DNA of 64,000 bases, taken from positions 1-64,000 of IMG/VR virus record IMGVR_UViG_3300005937_000199. One strand, given 5' to 3'. The translations under genes and the position numbers were made by a program. The DNA is from a virus (lineage: Duplodnaviria; Caudoviricetes). Under the pieces are notes generated by a model, which worked only from the letters and a program-made list of their open reading frames with translations, was not told the origin of the DNA and did no database searches. Below, in pieces: positions 7,333-16,318 of this stretch; position 1 is the first letter of the stretch; each line of letters starts with the position of its first letter.

Positions 7333-7855
7333 CACGCTGAGCGAGGGCCAGAAGCTTGTCGAGGTCTGGCGGATCGAGTATGAGCCAATGCCGTTGGCAC
7401 ATCGCGGTCCCGACCGAGTGCGTGGCCGGATGGTCTGGTGGCCGCACGCCACTCACTACGCCAGCAGCGTCGAAGCGCCGGACATCCACACAGCCCGGTT
7501 GCAGATCGTGCTCGGTCAGGCCCGTGCGATCTGCGACGATGCGCTGGCCTTCAAGTACGACGAGGACAACATCCACAATGCCAACATGCTTGCTTGGTTC
7601 AACGGCAAGCTCCAGGAGCTTCACGACGAAGAGGATGCGGAGGGCCTGACCGTCAAGCGTAGCAAGCAGCTTGACAGGGAGATCCGCCTCCTGGAGCGCC
7701 TGGTCGCTGAGTGGCAGGAAGAACACGACTATTGGCCGGAGGAGGACGATGCCCCAGGGTCGGAAGCCACCCGCGCGAAGGACAAGCGCACAGCAGCCCT
7801 CGCAGTCTCCCGAGCAGCAGCCGAAGCCGTCCGATCTGGAGGTGGCGAAGACTGA
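7319..7855 (+). CDS. Hypothetical protein
   Basis: AAGGAGG RBS, GTG start, operon context. Confidence 0.65.
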   Translation: MSRSDTLSEGQKLVEVWRIEYEPMPLAHRGPDRVRGRMVWWPHATHYASSVEAPDIHTARLQIVLGQARAICDDALAFKYDEDNIHNANMLAWFNGKLQELHDEEDAEGLTVKRSKQLDREIRLLERLVAEWQEEHDYWPEEDDAPGSEATRAKDKRTAALAVSRAAAEAVRSGGGED

Positions 7856-7939
7856 CATGTTCTATGCCATTGCTGATCTGTGCGGTGCAGCGTCGGCCTT
7901 CTTGGGCGATCTGCTCGCGATGCTCAAGGAGGAGGGCCG

Positions 7940-8089
7940 GTGAGCAAGAAGCTCAACAACGGCAAGCTGCGCAAGCTCAAGGACCGGAAGTCTGACAAGC
8001 AGCTTGACCGACGCGCCGAGCGCAAGCTGGAGCGTGATGAACGCAAGGAACGCAACAAGAAGAGGCTGGCAACCGATGCCGATGGATAA
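7940..8089 (+). CDS. Small highly basic protein
   Basis: MSKKLNNGKLRKLKDRK..., AGGAGGA RBS. Confidence 0.55.
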   Translation: MSKKLNNGKLRKLKDRKSDKQLDRRAERKLERDERKERNKKRLATDADG

Positions 8090-8267
8090 GAACCCGCACC
8101 ACATCTTCCTCGACGTGACCAACATGGAGGCCAACGTGGACTCCCGTCACCGCGACGACTTCATCACCATCGAATTCGCCGGGACCGTGACGCCGACGCT
8201 CAAGGAGCGGATCACCAAGGCGTTCAAGGACGGCCGGTTCGAGATCATCCCGAAGAAGTTCGGATGA
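8076..8267 (+). CDS. Hypothetical protein
   Basis: Overlapping operon ORF. Confidence 0.55.
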   Translation: MPMDKNPHHIFLDVTNMEANVDSRHRDDFITIEFAGTVTPTLKERITKAFKDGRFEIIPKKFG

Positions 8268-8647
8268 CCAAGCCACCTGACAAGGACAAGAAGGTCCACG
8301 TCTCGGAGTCAGGGCGTGCTGCTGCTGTTCGTACCGGCACCAGCGAGCGTGAGGTGCACGAGGCGCTGACGGGAGCCGACCAGCTTCCCGGCATGGGCCA
8401 AGAGCTTGGCAGGCCACCTGGCAGGCCGGACTTCGATCCTCATGACCGCAGCGACGTGGATGTCGATGTCGAGGAGGCTGTCAACGCACGGGTCGTCATC
8501 CTCGCCTTCGTCGGCCAGGAGGGTGGCAGCCTGGAGGAGCGCGCCAAGGAGGTCATGGCCTACGCCGAGGGCAAGGGCATGTACCTGCTGACTGCCAGCA
8601 TCGGCCCGGTGGACGACGACGTGTGGTGGGCGGTCGTCGGTGGCTAG
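8264..8647 (+). CDS. Hypothetical protein
   Basis: ATGA coupling to upstream stop. Confidence 0.65.
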   Translation: MTKPPDKDKKVHVSESGRAAAVRTGTSEREVHEALTGADQLPGMGQELGRPPGRPDFDPHDRSDVDVDVEEAVNARVVILAFVGQEGGSLEERAKEVMAYAEGKGMYLLTASIGPVDDDVWWAVVGG

Positions 8648-9125
8648 GCGTAGGCCCACAACTGTCAACCCGGAGGACTTGACGCCCCGTGAGGGCAAGG
8701 TGCTCCGCTACTTCGTAGGGAGGCAACGTGCCGGTGACAATCAGACCGCCACCGACGACTGCATCGTGGAGATCGAATGGAGCGATCTCCCCCACAACCA
8801 CAGCCAGGCTCTCCTGACGGTTACCAGCCTGGTTACCAAGAAGCTGCTGGCCAAGGTCAGCGATGGCCATCACACGCCGACTCATGCTGGCATCAAGCTG
8901 ATTGCCGATGCCAACGAGAAGAAGCTGTGGCAGGCAGCACCGCCACCGTCGGTTACCAACGCGCATGTCGAGCACATCGACCCAGTGATCAAGGCGTACA
9001 AGAAGAAACCGGCTGCCAAGAAGGCTGCCAAAACCCCGGCCAAGGCCAAACCCAAGGCGAAGAAGCCTGCACCCAAGCCCAAGCCAAAGGCTAAGGGCGT
9101 CATCCGAATCAAGGCGAGGAAGTAA
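8640..9125 (+). CDS. Putative DNA-binding protein with histone-H1-like PAKK tail
   Basis: wHTH-like N-terminus; C-terminal KKKPAAKKAAKTPAKAKPKAKKPAPKPKPK. Confidence 0.65.
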   Translation: MARRRPTTVNPEDLTPREGKVLRYFVGRQRAGDNQTATDDCIVEIEWSDLPHNHSQALLTVTSLVTKKLLAKVSDGHHTPTHAGIKLIADANEKKLWQAAPPPSVTNAHVEHIDPVIKAYKKKPAAKKAAKTPAKAKPKAKKPAPKPKPKAKGVIRIKARK

Positions 9126-9129
9126 CAAC

Positions 9130-9417
9130 ATGGCTTGCACCCTGATCATCCGTGGCGGCGAGATCGCGCTCCACCCCACGGAGAACTTCAACAAGATCCG
9201 GCACCGCGCCAACAAGGCGAAGGCGATGCTGATCAAGTTCCAGAACGGCGTCATCGACGGCGAGTCCGAGGGCCAGAAGTTCGAGCCTGCCCACGTGCTC
9301 ACCTTCAAGACTGACAACGGCACCGAGGAGGGCGGGCGCATCTCGGTGGACGTGGAGAACTACATCGGTGTGATGTCCGACGAGCCGAAGGACGTGGGCA
9401 GCGGCGGCGACGAGTAG
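9130..9417 (+). CDS. Hypothetical protein
   Basis: Operon ORF, GC3 bias. Confidence 0.65.
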   Translation: MACTLIIRGGEIALHPTENFNKIRHRANKAKAMLIKFQNGVIDGESEGQKFEPAHVLTFKTDNGTEEGGRISVDVENYIGVMSDEPKDVGSGGDE

Positions 9418-9421
9418 CAAC

Positions 9422-9745
9422 ATGGCTGACAACAAGTACGGCCGGTTGTTCACCACAGCCGATGTCGAGCGGATCGTGGAGTACGCTCACCGCACGCAGA
9501 GCGGCGATCTCGATGGCATCCTGGCTGATATGGACGACGACGGCGTGCGCTTCAAGTGGGAGGCCGACGAGCCGCTGTTCGTCCTCCGGGGCCGGGACAA
9601 CACCGCTGAGGGGGCGGTGCGGTTCTACCGTGACCACCAGCGGCCCAGGGCACCGCAGAACCATACGGAGGGCATCGACAAGGCCGTCACTGCCTTCCGT
9701 ACCTACCGAACTGACAACCCACAGATGATGAAGGACCCTGACTGA
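9422..9745 (+). CDS. Conserved phage hypothetical protein
   Basis: DEPLFVLRGRD motif, which I recall from phage proteins of unknown function. Confidence 0.65.
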   Translation: MADNKYGRLFTTADVERIVEYAHRTQSGDLDGILADMDDDGVRFKWEADEPLFVLRGRDNTAEGAVRFYRDHQRPRAPQNHTEGIDKAVTAFRTYRTDNPQMMKDPD

Positions 9746-9746
9746 C

Positions 9747-9959
9747 ATGTCGGATGTCACTGACGACACCACCATGAACGCGATGGCCATGGAACTGCAC
9801 GGAGCGCTGATCCGGGCCGGAGCCGACCCCAAGGACCCGCCGCAGGGTGGCCCGCCGTCTGCGCGGGCCTTCCAGGAGTACCAACAGCGTGGCGGGACCC
9901 AGTACACCGACGCCGACGAGTTCACGGCGGCGCTGATCGAACGGGTCAAGGCCATCTGA
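9747..9959 (+). CDS. Hypothetical protein
   Basis: Operon ORF. Confidence 0.6.
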   Translation: MSDVTDDTTMNAMAMELHGALIRAGADPKDPPQGGPPSARAFQEYQQRGGTQYTDADEFTAALIERVKAI

Positions 9960-9960
9960 C

Positions 9961-10248
9961 ATGGCACAAGCAACCGATCCTCGTCTCGCGGAGCTTGAGC
10001 AGCGCCGCGAGGCGAATGTCGGCAAGCAGATTGACAATGCCAGTCTGTACGCCGGATCACCGATGCACTACTACTGCCACTGCTGCGGTGCCCACACGGC
10101 TACGCTGCCGGAGGGCTGGTGGGAGAACCCGCCGCCGAAGTTCTGCGCCAACTGCAAGGATCTGATCAGCGACGGCGTGATCAGCCAGCCCGAGGCCAAC
10201 TACGACGACTGGCTCAAGGAGCACGATCACCCTCCGGTGCCACGATGA
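9961..10248 (+). CDS. Putative zinc-binding protein
   Basis: YYCHCCG...FCANCKD. Confidence 0.65.
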   Translation: MAQATDPRLAELEQRREANVGKQIDNASLYAGSPMHYYCHCCGAHTATLPEGWWENPPPKFCANCKDLISDGVISQPEANYDDWLKEHDHPPVPR

Positions 10249-10655
10249 GCGACGACATCATCGTTCCCCGGCACCACTACGACGCCCTGATCAACGCCGC
10301 CAGCCAGCTTGTCACTGTCGCGAACAACGCGGTGGAGACGATCCTCAGCGAGACGCCGTACGAGTCGATGCTGCGGGGACCGGCCGAGGCGCTGAACGAT
10401 GCGCTGAAGAACGTGCCGGGGGCTGACAAGTGGGATGGCAGTTGGAGTGAGGACGACGTGGAGTACGAGTCGTTCCGTCACCACTCCCAGCCGGAGCGCA
10501 GCGGTCCCAGCGTCGGCGTCAAGGCCACTCACCGGCCCACCGGCCTGTCAGTCGAGAGCTACATGAAGCCGAGTGCCGATGCCAACCAGGCGAGCGCTCT
10601 GCGGTCGCTCAAGGGCCGTGTGGAGCGCTACGTGGCTGAACACGGTACCTTGTAG
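10245..10655 (+). CDS. Hypothetical protein
   Basis: ATGA coupling. Confidence 0.65.
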   Translation: MSDDIIVPRHHYDALINAASQLVTVANNAVETILSETPYESMLRGPAEALNDALKNVPGADKWDGSWSEDDVEYESFRHHSQPERSGPSVGVKATHRPTGLSVESYMKPSADANQASALRSLKGRVERYVAEHGTL

Positions 10656-10665
10656 TACACTGGAC

Positions 10666-10687
10666 ACACCGTCCTCAGTGACGGTGT
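10666..10687 (+). terminator. Intergenic hairpin, possible terminator
   Basis: ACACCGTC-CTCAGT-GACGGTGT perfect 8-bp stem followed by TGT. Confidence 0.4.
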
Positions 10688-10697
10688 TGTCAACGGC

Positions 10698-11069
10698 ATG
10701 AGCGCCCCGGCCCACCATGGCTGGGGCGTTCGTGTTTGTGGGGCTGGTACGCTACCTGCTGTGAGAGCGCCTAAGCAGAACTGCCCGCGCTGTGAGGCTG
10801 AGCAGAGCTTCCGGCCCCGGCATCGCGACACTAATGGCAAGCCTGGTGTCGTTGAGGTGTATATCAAGTGCACTGTCTGCCGCTGGGAGAAGGTGCTGCG
10901 TAAGAGTACGGCACAGATCGAGATCCTGGCCGACCGTGAGCGCAGGCTTGTCAACCAGGGCGCTAAAGAGGAGAAGCGCTACGGCGTCGTCAAGGGTTCG
11001 ACAGCCAACTTGCTACGCAACGTTCGCAACGAGATGAAGCGGCTGCGCGTCGAGGCGGGGTTGGCATGA
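10698..11069 (+). CDS. Zn-ribbon plus coiled-coil protein
   Basis: CPRC...CTVC then a helical region. Confidence 0.6.
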   Translation: MSAPAHHGWGVRVCGAGTLPAVRAPKQNCPRCEAEQSFRPRHRDTNGKPGVVEVYIKCTVCRWEKVLRKSTAQIEILADRERRLVNQGAKEEKRYGVVKGSTANLLRNVRNEMKRLRVEAGLA

Positions 11070-11344
11070 CCAAGACGCTGAGCGACCGCTTGACGGAGAC
11101 TGAGCTTGTGATCGTCATGCACATCGCCAATGGCAAGTCGCTTGAGGAGATAGCGTTGGTGATGCACCGCTCACGCTCGAACGTCAGCTACCACATCGGC
11201 CGCGCCCGCCAGCGCGCTCACGCCAACAATCTGCCTCATCTCGTAAGCATTGCCATTGCGACCGGCGATCTGGTATGGGAGGATGAACGGGAGTGCCGAG
11301 TCCTCTCCTCCCTCAATGGCACTCAGCGGCCCCGCCTGGCTTAG
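11066..11344 (+). CDS. LuxR/GerE-family HTH regulator
   Basis: LTETELVIVMHIANGKSLEEIALVMHRSRSNVSYHIGRARQR. Confidence 0.85.
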   Translation: MTKTLSDRLTETELVIVMHIANGKSLEEIALVMHRSRSNVSYHIGRARQRAHANNLPHLVSIAIATGDLVWEDERECRVLSSLNGTQRPRLA

Positions 11345-11411
11345 CGCTTTCACCTACGGCACCAGGCGAGGCCGCGTCGTACTCTACCCGTTACCGGGTA
11401 GTCTCACCGGC

Positions 11412-11981
11412 CTATCTACGTGGCCTGTAGCCACAGACCGGCCAAGGACTTGCGCCCTCGCGAGCGTACAGGATGGCAGCACGCTTGTCTTGTTCTGCTG
11501 GGCTGGCATTGGCGGGGTTTCCTGTACCGCCGACCGACTGCCAGGTTGATTGGGTGAACTGGTAGGCCCCGTAGAAGCCGTTGCCAGTGTTCGTGCTGTA
11601 GTTGCCACCCGATTCACAAGCTCGGATGGATGCTAGGACACCTCCGGCACCAGCCCTCAGGGTGCGCGTGCTCGAAGGCGGGACGTAGGGCCGACCGGCT
11701 CGCAGCATCGTGCTGCCGTGGTACCTCATCCCTCGCAGGATGCGCAGGGACTTGGCAATGTGTCGGCACTTCGACTTCCGTGTCTCGCTCAGCCCCCACT
11801 TCCGGATATTCCGTCCCGGCGCTTGTTTGCCATGGAGCTTGGCGACAGCGTGATAGTTCGCGCTGTAGTTGGTGAGCAGCTTGTTAGCGCTGCACGTGTT
11901 GCGCTTCTGCTTGGCATCAGCCACACCAGGCGCAAGTGCCACTGCGACCGACATCGCAATAGCAGTTAGGGTTGTACGCAT
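11412..11981 (-). CDS. rpf: Secreted resuscitation-promoting factor (Rpf)-type lytic transglycosylase (alternative start 12011)
   Basis: Signal peptide MRTTLTAIAMSVAVALAPGVADA; C-terminal IRACESGGNYSTNTGNGFYGAYQFTQSTW...ASPAEQD...PWPVCG with catalytic Glu and both Cys. Confidence 0.92.
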   Translation of the reverse strand: MRTTLTAIAMSVAVALAPGVADAKQKRNTCSANKLLTNYSANYHAVAKLHGKQAPGRNIRKWGLSETRKSKCRHIAKSLRILRGMRYHGSTMLRAGRPYVPPSSTRTLRAGAGGVLASIRACESGGNYSTNTGNGFYGAYQFTQSTWQSVGGTGNPANASPAEQDKRAAILYAREGASPWPVCGYRPRR

Positions 11982-12116
11982 AACAGCTTCCCCTGACATC
12001 TCTCCTGCCATGTTGCTTCCTCAGCGGCAGGCCATGCCAAGGGCGATGAACCTCCTCAGGCTCGTTGACCGGCGACTATGATACCGGTGGCCTGTTTTTG
12101 GCTCTAGAACGCGGAA

Positions 12117-12138
12117 GACCCCGGTGTCGGCCGGGGTC
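12117..12138 (-). terminator. Hairpin terminator after the reverse-strand HTH gene
   Basis: GACCCCGG-TGTCGG-CCGGGGTC perfect 8-bp stem. Confidence 0.55.
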
Positions 12139-12175
12139 CTCGCGTGGCTGGGGAGGCCAGTTCGCTTGCCGGACT

Positions 12176-12409
12176 CTAGCGAGCGCCGGTCAGATCGCCA
12201 AGCTCAGCCAGAGGGAGCGGCCGAGCGAGTAGGTCACGGATCTGTTCGACGGTCAGTCCGGTCACCGCCGACACCTCGTTGATCGAGCAGCCATGGAACC
12301 GGACGGCCTGCACAATTCCGCGCTCCAGAGCCGAACGCTCGGTCTGCGCCCGGACTTCGGCGCGGATCAGCGTGTGGGACTGCGAGGTGAGGACATCCAA
12401 GACGGTCAT
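12176..12409 (-). CDS. Small HTH regulator divergent from the virion operon
   Basis: GCSINEVSAVTGLTVEQIRDLL HTH. Confidence 0.7.
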   Translation of the reverse strand: MTVLDVLTSQSHTLIRAEVRAQTERSALERGIVQAVRFHGCSINEVSAVTGLTVEQIRDLLARPLPLAELGDLTGAR

Positions 12410-12474
12410 GGTGGTTGTCACTCTACATGATCCTAGCCTGTTTTGTCCAGATTCCGGGGCCACAAAAGCCTCCT

Positions 12475-12487
12475 AAGTTGGCAACTT
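12475..12487. promoter_or_regulatory. Palindromic operator candidate in divergent promoter region
   Basis: AAGTTG-G-CAACTT, between outward-facing TAGGAT -10-like boxes (minus strand 12430-12435; plus strand 12527-12532). Confidence 0.4.
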
Positions 12488-12538
12488 CTTCCAATAGCTA
12501 CCCCGAATTCACCCCTGCGTAACACGTAGGATGGCCGG

Positions 12539-12868
12539 GTGATGGCCACCGCCGAGGGTCACGAGGAGTCCATCGTTCTCAGCCGAGGCCGCTTGCGGTG
12601 CCCGCACTGTGAGCAGATCGGCAGGTACCCCGGCGATTTCAAGGCGCTTGACCTCAACGAGAAGTACAAAGACGATCTCAACCCGGTTTACAAGCACATG
12701 GGCTGCGGCCACGTGTTCTCGCCGGGTGACCCGTTGATCATCCAGCAGTACATAACAGGTCAACTGGTACCGAGATCGGCGTATGAGGATCTTCAGCGCA
12801 CGGTGGCCCGACTTGAGGCAATCGTCGGTGCGATACCGATCCAAGGAGAAGGGAGGACAGCAGCATGA
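12539..12868 (+). CDS. Hypothetical Zn-binding protein, first gene of virion operon
   Basis: CPHC...HMGCGH. Confidence 0.65.
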   Translation: MMATAEGHEESIVLSRGRLRCPHCEQIGRYPGDFKALDLNEKYKDDLNPVYKHMGCGHVFSPGDPLIIQQYITGQLVPRSAYEDLQRTVARLEAIVGAIPIQGEGRTAA

Positions 12869-14238
12869 CGCTTGACACGAGCGAGCGTCACCCCATCTGC
12901 CTGATCCTGAACTTCGCGTCCACGGACGTGGAGGAAGGGAAGCTGGGCGATGACACGGTGCTGTGGAAGGACCTGATGGCCGAGGGTATGGTTGCCCGCA
13001 CGCCTGGCATGAAGGAGAAGGTCCCCTTCAAGGTCATCCACACCGGCCGCTCGTCGTCTCGTAATGGCAGCATCACTGTCAGCATGAGTGACCTGTGCGA
13101 AGCGTTCGACGCCAAGGCGTTCCAGGACGTGACGATTCCGGACGGGCACCCCAAGCCCGACAAGGTGCTCCCTGACGGGCGTGTCATCAAGGGTGACAGC
13201 GCGCTCAACAACACAGGCTACGTCCGTGGCCTGCGCGTCGTCCAGAAGACGGTCAAGGGTGGTCCGCAGGATGGCAAGGAGATTCACGTCCTCCAGGCCG
13301 GACTCGGATTCACGGAGCCGGAGGTCGCGGCCAAGGTGCGGCGGGGCAGCGTCCCCAATGTGTCAGCCGGTGTGTACTTCGACTTCGTGCGCAAGGCCGA
13401 CGACCGCTACTTCCGGGCGGCGCTGAACCACGCGGCGCTTACCAAGCAGCCGTGGATGCAGGATCTCGAACCGTTCGAGCGCGTCTACTTCGCGGACGGC
13501 GAGGACGAGTACGTGGTCCAGGAGCTTCTTCTGGACGAAGACAAGCAGGATGGCAACGACGCCAAGGTCATCTGGAACGATGCGGTTGCGGCCAACTCGA
13601 TTCGCCAGCAGATCTCAGGCTTCCTCAACCCCCAGCCATCCCCGGAGGAGCAGGCCATCGGCGTGCCGGAACGCCCACGAGCCTTCTACTACGTCGAGGA
13701 CGTGACCCACGACGAGCCGAATCTGGCCCGCGTGGAGGAGTCCTACCGGGGGAAGACCACCAACTTCGTTGTCCCCTACTCGGTGGACGACGATGGCAAG
13801 GTCACTGTCTCGCCGCAGGCCCACTGGCAAGAGGGCAAGCAGGCGATGATCGCGGCCAGCGACCCCGATGACAACCTGGAGCGTTTCCAGGAGCGAAGCG
13901 TCGAGGCAACCCGAGAGCGGCTGGTCGTTGCTCTCGATGATCTGTTCGGTGAGGGCCACAAGCTCGTCGTCGGGCAGATGTCGATGGATGGGCGTGCGCT
14001 GATCCGCAACTCCACGACGGGTGCCGAGCACCTGGCGCGGTTCCGCGAGGTCGGTGCCCATGCCTACTTCACTGACACCGCTGACTGGACGACGGTGAAG
14101 CTGCCGTCCAGCAACAGGCCGGATGTCACTCCGGCTGCGCCGCCGCCCACCACCGAGGTGACGTTCGATCTGAACACACCCGAGGGTCGGGTGGCCGCTG
14201 CACGCCAACGGCGAGCCAAGCTCGCCCCGAACCAGTAG
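12865..14238 (+). CDS. Prohead (capsid maturation) protease, Mu gpI-like
   Basis: NVSAGV...LNHAALTKQPWMQDLEPF resembles the Mu-like protease S...HVALTN.P..L.P motif; upstream of scaffold and capsid. Confidence 0.7.
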   Translation: MTLDTSERHPICLILNFASTDVEEGKLGDDTVLWKDLMAEGMVARTPGMKEKVPFKVIHTGRSSSRNGSITVSMSDLCEAFDAKAFQDVTIPDGHPKPDKVLPDGRVIKGDSALNNTGYVRGLRVVQKTVKGGPQDGKEIHVLQAGLGFTEPEVAAKVRRGSVPNVSAGVYFDFVRKADDRYFRAALNHAALTKQPWMQDLEPFERVYFADGEDEYVVQELLLDEDKQDGNDAKVIWNDAVAANSIRQQISGFLNPQPSPEEQAIGVPERPRAFYYVEDVTHDEPNLARVEESYRGKTTNFVVPYSVDDDGKVTVSPQAHWQEGKQAMIAASDPDDNLERFQERSVEATRERLVVALDDLFGEGHKLVVGQMSMDGRALIRNSTTGAEHLARFREVGAHAYFTDTADWTTVKLPSSNRPDVTPAAPPPTTEVTFDLNTPEGRVAAARQRRAKLAPNQ

Positions 14239-14255
14239 CAAGGAGGTGGACATAA

Positions 14256-14834
14256 GTGGGAATCCTGGAGACGATTGACGCGCTGAACCTCACCGACGAC
14301 GAGAAGTCTCGCCTGCGGAGGGAGTACGGCGAGGAGGTCGATCCCCTGCGGACGGAGGTCGGCACGCTGCGGACCAACGACCGGCGCGAGAAGGTCAGGA
14401 CTGACATCCTGGCGCTCAGCGAGGCCGGTTTCAAGGACGCGCCAGCCGCCTTGGCATTCGTGCGACGGCTGTACCTGTCGCCCGATGCGGAGGAGCCGGG
14501 AGTGGTCCTGTTCGCGGATCACGAACTCGGCCTGACGGGCGAAGAGGCGACCGGCGCGCACGCCCGCGAGGAGATGTCAGTCAAGGGGGCATTCGAGAAG
14601 TTCTTCTCGCTCCTCCCGCGCGACAAGGACGGCAAGCTCAAGGTCCAACTGTCGGACCAGGGCACCGTCACCGACGACCACGGCCGTCCCAAGACCGGCG
14701 ACGACGTGGCCGACGCCGAGGCCAACACCGCCGAGCACAAGTCGTCGCTCGGCAAGGCGATTGGCACCACCATCGGCCGTCCGTCGCGTGAGAAGCGCTA
14801 CGGCGGTCGCTATTCCTCCGGGGGCGGTGAGTAG
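14256..14834 (+). CDS. Scaffolding protein
   Basis: Helical, charged, between protease and decoration genes; AAGGAGGTG RBS. Confidence 0.6.
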   Translation: MGILETIDALNLTDDEKSRLRREYGEEVDPLRTEVGTLRTNDRREKVRTDILALSEAGFKDAPAALAFVRRLYLSPDAEEPGVVLFADHELGLTGEEATGAHAREEMSVKGAFEKFFSLLPRDKDGKLKVQLSDQGTVTDDHGRPKTGDDVADAEANTAEHKSSLGKAIGTTIGRPSREKRYGGRYSSGGGE

Positions 14835-14837
14835 CAA

Positions 14838-15218
14838 GTGGCCTGGAACATTCGCACCGCTCGCGCCACCGGCAACGACCTGGAGATCCTGGTCAACCAG
14901 GTCAACGTCGATGTCGCGGCTTCCGTCGTGCTCGACGCCGGGGCTGTCACCCCGGACGGCGTGACTGGTGAGCGCAAGCTCGTCGCCGGGACGCCGCTCA
15001 AGAAGGTCGGCAACCAGTACGTCCCGTGCGCCGCTGACGGTGCCGGGTGCCTTGGCATCCTGGCTCGTACCGAGGTGTTCCCGGACGGCACGGCGCAGTC
15101 CGACCTTCCGTCCGCGATGTGGCACCACGGCCAGTGGTTCCGCACCGACCGCATCGTCAACTGGGCGACGGCGCAGGCCAACATCAAGGCCGCGCTGCCG
15201 ACCTGCAAGTTCTCCTAG
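14838..15218 (+). CDS. Head decoration protein (lambda gpD-like)
   Basis: 126 aa, KLVAGTPL...GIL motif, directly before MCP. Confidence 0.7.
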   Translation: MAWNIRTARATGNDLEILVNQVNVDVAASVVLDAGAVTPDGVTGERKLVAGTPLKKVGNQYVPCAADGAGCLGILARTEVFPDGTAQSDLPSAMWHHGQWFRTDRIVNWATAQANIKAALPTCKFS

Positions 15219-15237
15219 AAGGGAGGTGACAAGTTAG

Positions 15238-16299
15238 ATGGCAGTCATTGACGACATCATGGATCAGGCAACGCTGACGGACGCAATCGTCGGCCCGGTC
15301 GAGACGGAGATGGAGACGATGCCGTTCATCGGGGAGCAGATCGCCCCGATGACCGAGACGGACTCGCAGTACGTCTCCATGACGGTGGAGGACTACTACG
15401 CCACCGGCATCGGCCAGTTCCGCGCGCCCGAAGCGTCGATCCCGCTGATGGACATCACCGGCCGGGAGGAGCGCGAAGAGGTCATCGAGTTGGCATATCT
15501 CGATGAGGCCCATCGCATCTCTCCCCGTCGCTGGGAGATCCTGACGCAAGGCGGCGAGAAGCTGGCAGGCCGTGAGGCCCGCCGCCTGATCGAGATCGGC
15601 CAGATCCTCGAACGGCGCAACGAGCGCCTGACCGAGTGGATGCGCTGGCAGTCGTTCTCCGGCCAGATCACCATCGAATACCAACTCCGTGACACGGCGC
15701 TGGTCATCGACTACCCGTTCGCGGCCGGTCACAAGCCGACTGCTGCGGTGCCGTGGACCGATCTGGTCAACGCCGATCCGGTCAACGACCTGAAGGTGTG
15801 GCTGAAGCAGGTCAGCACCGACTCCGGCTCGCCTGGCAGGCGGGTGCACATCTCCGACGACGACATCGAACTGATCCTGACCAACCAGAAGCTCCCCGCG
15901 TACTTCAACGTGGAGCCGGGTCAGCCGTTCATGCCGACGCTCGAAGACGTGGGCAAGCTGCTGCCGCCCGGTACCGTGTTCGTGCCGACGAACCACGGCT
16001 ACCGCACCGAGGACAAGGGCGCGTCGAAGCGCCCGCAGGACCACAACCGGTACCTGCCCATCGGCAAGGTGCTTGTCACCACCGACTACTCGATTCAGGG
16101 CTACGGCGTCATCGCTGAGACGCTGAACGGCCCGGTCGAGATCAAGTCCGGCCCGAACGACACGGTGTTCCTGCCGGGTCCGCAGTCGGAGATCATCCTG
16201 AAGGGCGAGGGCGTCTACACGCGCCTGCTCCGTCAGGCCAGCCGTCGCATCGTGCGCCTCAAGGTCCCCGAGGCGTTCCTCTACGCGACCGTCCGCTAG
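15238..16299 (+). CDS. Major capsid protein (lambda gpE-like)
   Basis: 353 aa; ERLTEWMRWQSFSGQITI...IDY...W....ADPVNDLK.W pattern of the capsid E family. Confidence 0.85.
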   Translation: MAVIDDIMDQATLTDAIVGPVETEMETMPFIGEQIAPMTETDSQYVSMTVEDYYATGIGQFRAPEASIPLMDITGREEREEVIELAYLDEAHRISPRRWEILTQGGEKLAGREARRLIEIGQILERRNERLTEWMRWQSFSGQITIEYQLRDTALVIDYPFAAGHKPTAAVPWTDLVNADPVNDLKVWLKQVSTDSGSPGRRVHISDDDIELILTNQKLPAYFNVEPGQPFMPTLEDVGKLLPPGTVFVPTNHGYRTEDKGASKRPQDHNRYLPIGKVLVTTDYSIQGYGVIAETLNGPVEIKSGPNDTVFLPGPQSEIILKGEGVYTRLLRQASRRIVRLKVPEAFLYATVR

Positions 16300-16318
16300 G
16301 AAGGGGGTGACAACAAAC

